From Vulcanimicrobiota bacterium (GTDB lineage Bacteria > Vulcanimicrobiota > Vulcanimicrobiia > Vulcanimicrobiales > Vulcanimicrobiaceae), in contig CAVTCS010000003.1 of NCBI GenBank assembly GCA_963733295.1, positions 576,001 to 640,000 of the forward strand: DNA of 64,000 nt, in the 5' to 3' direction. How positions within the stretch are numbered: the first letter of the stretch is position 1; the number at the start of each line of letters is the position of its first letter. Positions 49,190 through 57,722 of the stretch are shown in pieces. The notes under the pieces were generated by a model that worked only from the letters and a program-made list of their open reading frames with translations, had not been told where the DNA came from and searched no databases. Position numbers and translations under genes: made by a program.

Positions 49190-49542
49190 ACGAGCGCATC
49201 GCGATTCGCGGCATTCGGGCCTACGGGAAGCACGGAGCTTTGCCGGACGAGCGGCTCCATCCGCAGCTTTTCGTCATCGACGTCGAGGCCGAGCTCGATC
49301 TTTCGCGTGCGCGCGCGAGCGACGAGCTCGCGGATACGGTCGACTACGCAGCATTGCAGACGAGCGTCGTGGCGATCGTCCGCGAGCGATCGTACGCATT
49401 GCTCGAACGCCTCGCCGACGAGTTGACGGCGATGCTGCTCGGCGACGAGCGTATTCTCGCCGCGACCGTCACCGTTGCGAAGCCGAAACTGCTCGACGGG
49501 GCGACGCCCTCGGTCTCCGTGAGGCGCGTCCGTTCCGGGTAA
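49186..49542 (+). CDS. folB: Dihydroneopterin aldolase
   Basis: TTG overlapping the folP stop; G.HG....ER...Q.F..D, SD.L.DTVDY, LLE.LA, V.KP. Confidence 0.93.
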   Translation: MNERIAIRGIRAYGKHGALPDERLHPQLFVIDVEAELDLSRARASDELADTVDYAALQTSVVAIVRERSYALLERLADELTAMLLGDERILAATVTVAKPKLLDGATPSVSVRRVRSG

Positions 49543-50017
49543 GCCGGCGGCCGCCGTCGTTCGAGCGGCCATCGGGATCGGATCGAACCTGGGAGATCCG
49601 GTCGCGAACGTCACGCGAGCCTTGACGGAGCTCGCGACACTCGGCGACGTCGTCGCGCGCTCGTCGTTGTACCGCAGCGCGCCCTGGGGCGTGCTCGATC
49701 AAGCGCCCTTCGTCAACGCGGCAGCGCTGCTCGAGACCGGCCTTCCCGCGCGCGAGCTGTTGCGAAGACTCAAGACGATCGAACGGAACCTCGGCCGGAA
49801 GGCGACGGTCCGCTGGGGTCCGCGCGTGATCGACTTGGACATTCTGACGTACGGCGCACTTACGATCCGCGAAGAAGGCCTGATCGTGCCGCACGAGCGT
49901 CTCTTCGAGCGCGCTTTCGCGCTCGGGCCCCTAGCCGAGATCGACCCGGCTTTCGCGCCGGCCTTCGCGGCCTTACCACCCGACGCGCGCCAGGGGCTGG
50001 AGCGGATAGGTACCTAG
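49532..50017 (+). CDS. folK: HPPK (6-hydroxymethyl-7,8-dihydropterin pyrophosphokinase); start unresolved
   Basis: IGIGSNLG (upstream of the first canonical start), S.LY.S.PWG..DQ..F.NA, R..RWGPR.IDLDIL, VPH....RAF.L.PL. Confidence 0.9.
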   Translation, partial: VPGKPAAAVVRAAIGIGSNLGDPVANVTRALTELATLGDVVARSSLYRSAPWGVLDQAPFVNAAALLETGLPARELLRRLKTIERNLGRKATVRWGPRVIDLDILTYGALTIREEGLIVPHERLFERAFALGPLAEIDPAFAPAFAALPPDARQGLERIGT

Positions 50018-50038
50018 GGCCCGCGAAGGCGAGCCAGC

Positions 50039-50476
50039 GTGGATTGGGACAAGGCGCTCGAGCGCGTCCGGGAAGCGGCGGAATTTTGTGCGAGCAGTGG
50101 GCTGGCGCGCTTTCGCGTCGAGGAAGACGACCTCGCGATCGAGGTGAGCCGGACGCCCGCACCCAGCGCCCAACCGGCCGGTGCACCCGATCCGCCTCTC
50201 GCGGTGAACGGGCATTCCGGGAACGGCGTGACCACGGGGCCGGATTCCCGGCCTCAGACGATCTTGAAAGCCGAGTTCGTCGGCGTCGTTCGCTTCTCTC
50301 GACCTTCGGTCAGCGAGGGCACGGTGCTGAGCGGCGCCCGCGAACTCGCCTACGTCGAGTCGCTCGGAATCCGTAACCCCGTCCGCGCGAAGGGACCGGG
50401 TCGTGTCGCAGCCGTCTACGTGAACGACGGCGAGGCGGTGGAATACGGTCAAGCGCTGTTCGCCATCGAGGAATGA
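50039..50476 (+). CDS. BCCP (AccB)-like protein lacking the biotinylated lysine
   Basis: BCCP architecture (N-terminal domain, Pro/Ala linker, I.A..VG, G.V....V.DG..VEYGQ.LF.I), but YVESLGIRN replaces IIEAMKxxN; ATGA-coupled to accC. Confidence 0.85.
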   Translation: MDWDKALERVREAAEFCASSGLARFRVEEDDLAIEVSRTPAPSAQPAGAPDPPLAVNGHSGNGVTTGPDSRPQTILKAEFVGVVRFSRPSVSEGTVLSGARELAYVESLGIRNPVRAKGPGRVAAVYVNDGEAVEYGQALFAIEE

Positions 50477-51843
50477 GCGTGACGCGCTTCAAGAAAATTC
50501 TGATCGCGAATCGCGGTGAAATCGCCGTTCGCATCAACCGGGCGGCCCACGAGCTAGGAATCGAGACGGTCGCGATCTACTCCGACGTCGACCGTCCGTC
50601 GTTGCACGTGCGCTACGCCGACGAAGCGTATTGCGTCGGTCCGGGACCGGTCGCGCGCTCGTATCTCAATATTCCGAATATCATCTCGGCCGCTCTGATC
50701 AGCGGCGCCGACGCGGTTCATCCCGGCTACGGGTTCTTGGCGGAAAACGCGCGCTTCGCCGAGATCTGCGCCGACCACGGTCTGGCCTTCATCGGACCGA
50801 GCCCGAACGTCATCAAGCAGATGGGCGACAAAGCGCAAGCCAAGTCGATCATGCAGGCGGCAGGGGTTCCGACCACGCCGGGCAGCGACGTGCTCCCCTC
50901 GACCGCGGCCGCGCTGACGGCCGCGAAGGAACTCGGCTATCCGGTCATGCTCAAAGCGGTCGCGGGCGGCGGCGGAAAGGGCATGCGCGCGGTCGGCTCG
51001 CCGGCCGAACTCGAGCACGCTTTCGCAACCGCGCAAGCCGAAGCCGAAGCGAATTTCAAAGACGGCCGCCTCTACATGGAAAAGCTGATTCTGCGCCCGC
51101 GTCACCTCGAGGTCCAAGTGCTCGGGGATGTGTTCGGCGACATCGTCCACGTCGGGGAGCGCGACTGTTCGGTGCAGAAACCTTCGCATCAGAAGCTGGT
51201 AGAAGAGTCGCCGGCGCCCGCGCTGCCGGGGGGCGTTCGGGAACGATTGCACGACATCGCGGTCACTGCGGCGCGTGCCGTCGGGTACACGAGCGCCGGA
51301 ACGCTCGAGTTCTTGCTTTCCGGACACGACGTTTATTTCATGGAGATGAACACGCGAATTCAAGTCGAGCACCCGGTGACCGAGATGCTCTACGGAATCG
51401 ACCTGGTCGGCGCGCAGATCCGGATCGCCGCGGGGGAACCGCTCGGGTTCTCGCAAGCGAACTTGGTCCCGCGCGGCCACGCGATCGAGTGCCGCATCAA
51501 CGCCGAAGAGGCCGATTCGGGTTTCGCGCCCGCCGCCGGCACGCTCGGCGAAGTCGCGCTTCCCGGCGGTTTCGGCGTTCGCGTCGACACCCACGTCTAT
51601 GCCGGTCTCGCGATTCCGCCGTACTACGATTCGCTGCTGGCGAAGGTCATCGTGCACGCCGATAGTCGCGAAGGTGCGATCGCCCGAATGGATACCGCAC
51701 TTGCCGAAACCAAAATCAGCGGTATCAATACGACGGTCGAAATGTGCCGGCGCATCATGAGCGACGAGCGCTTTCGCGAGGGAGGCGTCGCCATAGATTT
51801 CTTGCCCTCGCTGTTGGCGGCGGGCGCTCCGGCCGGATCGTGA
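50473..51843 (+). CDS. accC: Biotin carboxylase
   Basis: KILIANRGEIA, HPGYGFLAEN, GGGGKGMR, RDCS.Q, EMNTRIQVEHPVTE, ECRINAE, YYDS..AK. Confidence 0.96.
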   Translation: MSVTRFKKILIANRGEIAVRINRAAHELGIETVAIYSDVDRPSLHVRYADEAYCVGPGPVARSYLNIPNIISAALISGADAVHPGYGFLAENARFAEICADHGLAFIGPSPNVIKQMGDKAQAKSIMQAAGVPTTPGSDVLPSTAAALTAAKELGYPVMLKAVAGGGGKGMRAVGSPAELEHAFATAQAEAEANFKDGRLYMEKLILRPRHLEVQVLGDVFGDIVHVGERDCSVQKPSHQKLVEESPAPALPGGVRERLHDIAVTAARAVGYTSAGTLEFLLSGHDVYFMEMNTRIQVEHPVTEMLYGIDLVGAQIRIAAGEPLGFSQANLVPRGHAIECRINAEEADSGFAPAAGTLGEVALPGGFGVRVDTHVYAGLAIPPYYDSLLAKVIVHADSREGAIARMDTALAETKISGINTTVEMCRRIMSDERFREGGVAIDFLPSLLAAGAPAGS

Positions 51844-52232
51844 CGCGCCGCTTCGCGCGCGAACTCGCTTTGCAGACGCTCTTCAGCGTCGAGGTGGGCA
51901 AGCAAGATCCGGGCGACGCCCTCGAGCAAAACCTGTCGCGCAGCGTTGAGGGCGACCGGGCTTTCGTCAAAGACCTCGTTTTCGGAACCCTGGAGCATGC
52001 CGCGCAGACCGATTCCTTCATCGCACCGCTCCTCGAGGGTTGGACGCTCGAACGTCTACCGACGGTCGATCGTTTACTGCTGCGCATGGGCATTTTCGAA
52101 CTGCGCTATCATCCCGAGACGCCGAAGGCCGTCGTCATCAACGAGGCGGTCGAGCTTGCCAAGAAGTTTTCAACCGAGGATTCGGGGCGATTCGTGAACG
52201 GAGTGCTCTCGAACGCGAGCCGGACGCAATGA
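51840..52232 (+). CDS. nusB: Transcription antitermination factor NusB
   Basis: RR.ARE.ALQ.LF, W..ERL..VDR..LR, V.INEAVELAK.F, FVNGVL. Confidence 0.96.
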   Translation: MTRRFARELALQTLFSVEVGKQDPGDALEQNLSRSVEGDRAFVKDLVFGTLEHAAQTDSFIAPLLEGWTLERLPTVDRLLLRMGIFELRYHPETPKAVVINEAVELAKKFSTEDSGRFVNGVLSNASRTQ

Positions 52233-54391
52233 GCGCCATCGCGGTGCGGCGTCGCCGCCGGCGGCGGATGAGCTTTGTGGGCCGCGTTTTTTTCGTGAGC
52301 TTCACCGCGCTCTTCTTGCTCGTGCTGTTCGCTGCCGGAACGGTCGCGGGGATCATCTATTCCTACTCGCAACACCTGCCCGACATCAGCAAGATGGCGG
52401 ACTTTCAGCCGTCGCGTTCGACTCACGTCTACGCGCGCGACGGCACGCTGCTGGCGAACCTCTACCGTCAGAACCGCACGTGGGTTCCGATCTCGGGCAT
52501 CCCCCAGCAAGTTCGTAACGCCTTCATCGCGACCGAAGATCAGCACTTCTACTCGCATCACGGCGTCGACGTGTTCGGCATCGCGCGCGCCGCGCTGGCC
52601 GATTACCGGCACGAGGAGTTTCAGGGTGCCTCGACGATCACGCAGCAGCTCGCGCGCAAACTCTTCCTCTCGAACGAGGTCTCGATCTCGCGCAAGATTC
52701 AGGAAGCGTTGCTGGCGATGGAGATCGAGAGGTATTACACCAAGGACGAGATCCTCGAGCGCTATCTCAACCTCATCTATTTCGGCTCCGGCGCATACGG
52801 CATTCAAGCTGCGGCGCACACTTACTTCGGCGAGGACGTGTCCCGTTTGTCGCTCGCGCAGGCCGCGCTCCTTGCCGGATTGCCGGCGGCGCCTTCCGAC
52901 TACTCTCCCTACGTCAACCTGGCACGCGCGCAAGAGCGCCAGCGTCACGTGCTCGAGCGCATGGCTTCGGAGCGGCTTCATCACGCCGGCGCAAGCTGCG
53001 GACGCGCAAATTTCGCCGCTGGGTTTGATCGGCGAGCGTCCCACCGGGCTCCAGTCGTTCGCGTATCCCTACTTCACGACGTACGTGATCGCGCAACTCG
53101 AGCAAACCTTCGGGAAGCAAGCCGTCTACGAAGGCGGATCCAAGTCGACACCACGCTCGATCCGAAGCTGCAGCGGGAAGCGCAGGAAGCGGTCGATTGG
53201 GGCGCGAGCCGGGCGATGGCCGAGGGCATCGGCGCGCGCCAGGCGGCGCTCGTCGCGATCAGGCCGTCGACGGGAGAGATCTTGGCGATGGTCGGCGGCG
53301 CGGGCGGTTTCTCGCTCAACAATCAGTTCAACCGCGCTTGGCAGGCGCTCCGTCAGCCGGGCTCGTCTTTCAAAGCCTACGTGTACACGACGGCGATCGA
53401 CAGCGGCATGCCGCCGACCTCGATCATCGCTGACTCGCCGATCAGTTACCCGATGGGCGACGGCACGACGTGGTCGCCGATCGACGACGACGGCCGATAT
53501 CTCGGACCGGTCACCCTGCGCTACGCGTTAGCGCAGTCGCGCAACGTGGTCGCGGTGCGTTTGGCGGAGCAGCTCGGCATCGACCGCGTTATCGAGTACG
53601 CGCACCGCATGGGCGTCAAAGCGAAGTTGGATCCGGTCCTCTCGCTGGCCCTGGGCAGTTCGGGCGTTTCCGTCATCGATCAAGCCGCGGGGTACGCGAC
53701 GATCGCCGACCAAGGCGTGCACATCGATCCCTCGTCGATCCGCACCGTCAAGGATGCGCTGGGCGCGACGATCCTCGACAACCGCTTTCCGCAAGAGACC
53801 GAAGTGATCGGCGCCGGGACTGCGTACGTCATCACGAGCATGCTCGAGAGCGTCATCAAGGAAGGCACCGGCTACCCCAATGCCGACATCGGCCGCCCCG
53901 CTGCCGGAAAAACCGGCACGACCTCCGACTTTCGCGATGCTTGGTTCGTCGGTTTCACGCCCGACCTTGTTGCCGCGGTCTGGCTGGGCAACGACGATTA
54001 CTCGCGGATGAACGAGTCGTACGGCGGGAACATCCCGGCGCGCACCTGGGCGCGCTTCATGCGCGCCGCGCTGGCCCACACGCCCAAGCACGATTTCGTC
54101 TTCCCCTCGACCGAAGTCGTCAAGCTCCCGTACTGCGGCTCACCGAAGAAGTTCGAGTACTTTCTCGCCGGAACGCAGACCAGCTCGTGCGCCAGTCCGA
54201 GCGTTTACAACGCGCACCGCGCCGCAGTCTTCGGCGGGGCGCAGGCCGGTTTTCCGCCCGCGCCGCAACAAGCTGCAGCCACGAACGCTCCGGCTGCAAA
54301 CCTCGCGCCCGCGAGCGTCGACGAAACGCCCGCGTCCGTCGCGACGCCCAGCTCCCCGGAAGCGGCTCCGACCGAAGGCGAGATTCGCTGA
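52229..54391 (+). CDS. Class A penicillin-binding protein (PBP1A family); contains a compensating frameshift pair ~52968-53138
   Basis: EDQHFYSHHGVD, GASTITQQL, RK..E, YLN.IYFG; transpeptidase S.FK, S.N and KTGT motifs; the linker reads correctly only in the +1 frame. Confidence 0.93.
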   Translation: MSAIAVRRRRRRRMSFVGRVFFVSFTALFLLVLFAAGTVAGIIYSYSQHLPDISKMADFQPSRSTHVYARDGTLLANLYRQNRTWVPISGIPQQVRNAFIATEDQHFYSHHGVDVFGIARAALADYRHEEFQGASTITQQLARKLFLSNEVSISRKIQEALLAMEIERYYTKDEILERYLNLIYFGSGAYGIQAAAHTYFGEDVSRLSLAQAALLAGLPAAPSDYSPYVNLARAQERQRHVLERMASERLHHAGASCGRANFAAGFDRRASHRAPVVRVSLLHDVRDRATRANLREASRLRRRIQVDTTLDPKLQREAQEAVDWGASRAMAEGIGARQAALVAIRPSTGEILAMVGGAGGFSLNNQFNRAWQALRQPGSSFKAYVYTTAIDSGMPPTSIIADSPISYPMGDGTTWSPIDDDGRYLGPVTLRYALAQSRNVVAVRLAEQLGIDRVIEYAHRMGVKAKLDPVLSLALGSSGVSVIDQAAGYATIADQGVHIDPSSIRTVKDALGATILDNRFPQETEVIGAGTAYVITSMLESVIKEGTGYPNADIGRPAAGKTGTTSDFRDAWFVGFTPDLVAAVWLGNDDYSRMNESYGGNIPARTWARFMRAALAHTPKHDFVFPSTEVVKLPYCGSPKKFEYFLAGTQTSSCASPSVYNAHRAAVFGGAQAGFPPAPQQAAATNAPAANLAPASVDETPASVATPSSPEAAPTEGEIR

Positions 54392-55806
54392 TGCTCGCGC
54401 GGCCCGCAGGCGGCACCGAATTCACGGTTGCGGCCCTCGTCGAGTATCTGCGCGCGAAAATCGCCGGCGACGACCTCTTGCGCCGCGTACGCGTGCGCGG
54501 CGAAGTTACCAACTACAAGGGTTTCGTGCGCGGCAGTCACATGTACTTCGATTTGAAAGAAGGCGACGCGATCGTGAAGTGCGTGGCTTTCGCGAAGGAC
54601 AACTTCCGCTTCCCCGCCTTCGGGGCGGGCGCCGTCGTGATCGCGAGCGGACAAGTCGCGACGTTCAAAAGCCTCATTCAGGTCATCGCCGATCACGTCG
54701 AGATCGCGGGAGTCGGCGACGTGCACGCGCTGTTCGAACAGCGCAAGAAGAAGCTCTCCGCCGAAGGCCTCTTCGAAGCGAATCGCAAGCGGACGCTGCC
54801 CGCATTCCCATTCCGGATCGCGCTCGTCTCATCGAAGGGTGCGGCCGGAGCGGACGACTTCGTGAACCTCATGCGCGCTAGCCGCCCGCACGTGGAGATC
54901 GTCTGGTGCGAGGCGACGATGCAAGGTCAGCGCGCCCCCTCGGAAGTCGTGGGCGCGATCGGGCGCGCTTCGAGATTGGACGTGGACGCGATCGTATTGA
55001 CGCGCGGCGGCGGCTCCTTCGAAGATCTTTTCGTTTTCAGCGACGAGAGCATCGTGCGCGCCGTCGTGGCCGCGCGCCATCCGGTCGTGTCGGCGATCGG
55101 CCACAACATCGATCAACAGCTGAGCGATCTCGCCGCCGACGTCTACGCGCAGACCCCGTCGCGTGCCGTCGAATTGATCGGGCCGGACACCCGCCGGCTG
55201 CGCGAGCGAGTCGCGCTCGCCTTCGAAAGAGGGCGCCGCAGCACCGAAGGTGCTCTTTTGCGACAGTCGACGCGCCTCTCGAACGCGCTGGTTCGCTCGC
55301 GCTTAAGCGATCCCGGCCTCATGCTTTCGCCGCAACTCCAGCATCTCGCCGACGCCGACAAGAACCTCATCGGCGAGCTTGCACGCTCGATGCAGTGCCG
55401 GCGGGAACGGCTCGCGGAACGCGCCCGGCACCTGCAACGCTTCGATCCGTCGCTGCGCTTGGAGCAGCGCGCTCGCGCGCTGGATGGCCTCGCCGCACGC
55501 CTGAAAGCGGCCGCGGGCGCGCGCCGGGCCTCCGCGAAAGCGCGGCTGGACGAGGCCGCGCCGCGCTTGACGCCGGGCGTGCGCGCCATCTGGGAGCGCG
55601 CCGCGCAACGCCGCTCCCTCTTGGACGCGCGCCTCGCCGGCAGCGATCCGGAAACGATTCTGCAAAAGGGCTATGCGATCGTCACTTTGGATGGAGCGAT
55701 CGTCAAGGACCCGGCAACCGTTCCGCTCGGGGCGACGATCGCCGCGCGCGTCGCTCGCGGAACGTTGTCGGCGCGCGTCGAAGCGAAGGAGTCGAATGGC
55801 AACTAG
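54391..55806 (+). CDS. xseA: Exodeoxyribonuclease VII large subunit
   Basis: V.GEV.N, H.YFDLK, L.AEGLF, RGGGS.EDL..F.DE, VSAIGH..D, TPS.A, L.KGYA. Confidence 0.95.
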   Translation: MLARPAGGTEFTVAALVEYLRAKIAGDDLLRRVRVRGEVTNYKGFVRGSHMYFDLKEGDAIVKCVAFAKDNFRFPAFGAGAVVIASGQVATFKSLIQVIADHVEIAGVGDVHALFEQRKKKLSAEGLFEANRKRTLPAFPFRIALVSSKGAAGADDFVNLMRASRPHVEIVWCEATMQGQRAPSEVVGAIGRASRLDVDAIVLTRGGGSFEDLFVFSDESIVRAVVAARHPVVSAIGHNIDQQLSDLAADVYAQTPSRAVELIGPDTRRLRERVALAFERGRRSTEGALLRQSTRLSNALVRSRLSDPGLMLSPQLQHLADADKNLIGELARSMQCRRERLAERARHLQRFDPSLRLEQRARALDGLAARLKAAAGARRASAKARLDEAAPRLTPGVRAIWERAAQRRSLLDARLAGSDPETILQKGYAIVTLDGAIVKDPATVPLGATIAARVARGTLSARVEAKESNGN

Positions 55807-56044
55807 TGCATCCGGCGAATTCGAAAAGTCGCTAGAACGGCTCGAAGCGATCGTCAACAAGCTCGAGAAAGAGAACCCGACTCTCGACGAGTCGGTCGCG
55901 CTTTTTCGCGAAGGTCGAGAACTCGCGGTCAAGTGCGAAAAGCTGCTCAAGGCGGCTCAAGCCTCGATCGAAGCGGCGACGAACGGAGAAGCGCCGGCTG
56001 CGAGCGGGACGCCGCCCACCGTCGACGATGGGCTGCCCTTCTGA
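55796..56044 (+). CDS. xseB: Exodeoxyribonuclease VII small subunit
   Basis: FEKSL.RLE.IV.KLE....LDES..LF.EG..L...C...L. Confidence 0.95.
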   Translation: MATSASGEFEKSLERLEAIVNKLEKENPTLDESVALFREGRELAVKCEKLLKAAQASIEAATNGEAPAASGTPPTVDDGLPF

Positions 56045-56856
56045 GCAGGAGCGGTCGCGCCGGACTCCGTCTGGACGAAGCGGTCGCGACTCGGGCCGGT
56101 GTGACGCGCTCGCGCGCCCGCGCCTTGATCATCGCCGGACGCGTCCGCGTCGACGGCAACCCGATGACGAAGCCCGGTACCGCGATCGCGCCGGGCGCGG
56201 CGATCGCGGTCGAACGTCCCCGCCCGTACGTCAGTCGCGGCGGTGAGAAGCTCGAAGGAGCGCTCGCGGCTTTCCGGCTCGACGTTCGCGGCGCGCGCGC
56301 TCTCGACGTGGGCGCTTCAACCGGTGGCTTTACCGACTGTCTCTTGGCGCACGGCGCGCAGAGCGTCGTTGCGCTCGACGTCGGCTACGGCCAGCTCGCG
56401 GTTCCCTTGCGCAACGATCCGCGCGTCCGCGTGCTGGAACGGACCAACTTCCGCACGTTGCCCGGCGAGACGTTCGGAGCGGAGTTCGATCTCATCGTCA
56501 TCGATGCGTCGTTCATCTCGGTGCTGAAACTGATCGCGCGGGCGCGCGAATTCCTCGCGCCGGGCGGCGTTCTGTTGCCTCTTATCAAGCCGCAGTTCGA
56601 AGCAGGCCGCGAACGTCTGGGCGGCGGCGGCGTGGTGCGCGATCCGGCGGTGCATTTCGCAATCCTGCGCGAGATGCGCGCGGGAATCGTCGCGCTCGGT
56701 CTCGTCCCAGCCGGCGTCGCGCGCTCGGAGTTGCGCGGGCCTGCCGGAAACGTCGAGTTTTTCGTGCTCGTGCGCCGCGAGGGTGAAGCCTTCGACGATG
56801 CAGCGCTGGAGCGTGCTATGAGCGGCACGGCTGTCGAGGTCGAGGCGCTCCCGTGA
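56041..56856 (+). CDS. tlyA: TlyA-family rRNA 2'-O-methyltransferase; probable CTG start
   Basis: S4 domain RLD...R.RA..LI.AG.V, YVSRGG.KL, DVGASTGGFTDCLL, D.SFIS, LIKPQFE, G..GN.E. Confidence 0.95.
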   Translation: MSRSGRAGLRLDEAVATRAGVTRSRARALIIAGRVRVDGNPMTKPGTAIAPGAAIAVERPRPYVSRGGEKLEGALAAFRLDVRGARALDVGASTGGFTDCLLAHGAQSVVALDVGYGQLAVPLRNDPRVRVLERTNFRTLPGETFGAEFDLIVIDASFISVLKLIARAREFLAPGGVLLPLIKPQFEAGRERLGGGGVVRDPAVHFAILREMRAGIVALGLVPAGVARSELRGPAGNVEFFVLVRREGEAFDDAALERAMSGTAVEVEALP

Positions 56857-57722
56857 TCGAGACGGTCAGCGCGAAGATGGGCACCGTCGCGCTGTACGTC
56901 GACATGGTGCGCGAGAGCGCGCGGCGCGCGGCGAGTGACGTCGCGGCCGCGATGCGCGCGGCGGGATTCGAAGTTGCGCTGTGCGAGGATCAGGATCGCG
57001 AGTTGGGTCTGGGAAGCGACGGCGCGAGCGTCGAGAACGCCGTCGTGCTCGTCACGCTCGGCGGCGACGGTACGCTCTTGCGGGCCGCGCAGATCGCCGC
57101 ACCGCTGCGGCTTCCACTCTTCGGCATCAATACGGGACGGCTCGGCTTCCTTACCGAGATGGACGGACGCAGCGAGGACCTCAGGAAACTACCCCAGATC
57201 TTGCGGGTGGGACTCGCGATCGACGAACGCAGCGCGCTCGCCGTGGAAGTGCACGGGACGATGCGCATGGCGCTCAACGACGTGGTCGTGCGCAGGACCG
57301 GCGACTCGCACATGACGCCTTTCAGCATCTTCGTTGACGGAAAAGAGGCTGCGCGCGTTCCGGCGGACGGCGTCGCGGTCGCCACGCCCACAGGCTCGAC
57401 AGCCTACTTCCTTTCCGGGGGAGGACCGATTCTCGCGCCCGACGTAGCGGCTTTCGGCATCATCGCGCTCTTGCCGCACACCCTGTTTTCGCGGCCGCTG
57501 GTCGTCCCGGACCACTCGCGCATCGAACTGATCTCGAACGCGGAAGTTGAAAGCGTCGCACTCGATTGCGATGGCCGGACGGTGGACCGCTTGCAACCAG
57601 GCGAACGCGTTCTCGTCACGCGCTATCCCTTTCCCGTGCGCTTCGCACGCCGCGCGCCGCTCGACTTTTTCTCGCTTCTCGAAGACAAGCTGCGCTGGAA
57701 TGCGCCAATCAAAGACCGTTAG
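56853..57722 (+). CDS. nadK: NAD(+) kinase
   Basis: LGGDGT.L, GIN.GRLGFL, LND, DG..VATPTGSTAY.LS.GGP. Confidence 0.95.
   Translation: MIETVSAKMGTVALYVDMVRESARRAASDVAAAMRAAGFEVALCEDQDRELGLGSDGASVENAVVLVTLGGDGTLLRAAQIAAPLRLPLFGINTGRLGFLTEMDGRSEDLRKLPQILRVGLAIDERSALAVEVHGTMRMALNDVVVRRTGDSHMTPFSIFVDGKEAARVPADGVAVATPTGSTAYFLSGGGPILAPDVAAFGIIALLPHTLFSRPLVVPDHSRIELISNAEVESVALDCDGRTVDRLQPGERVLVTRYPFPVRFARRAPLDFFSLLEDKLRWNAPIKDR

Noticed and set aside
53470..54390. N-terminal 307-aa extension of XseA in the ORF track
   Set aside because: It overlaps PBP1A in another frame and is Arg-rich nonsense; XseA homology begins at ATG 54391.
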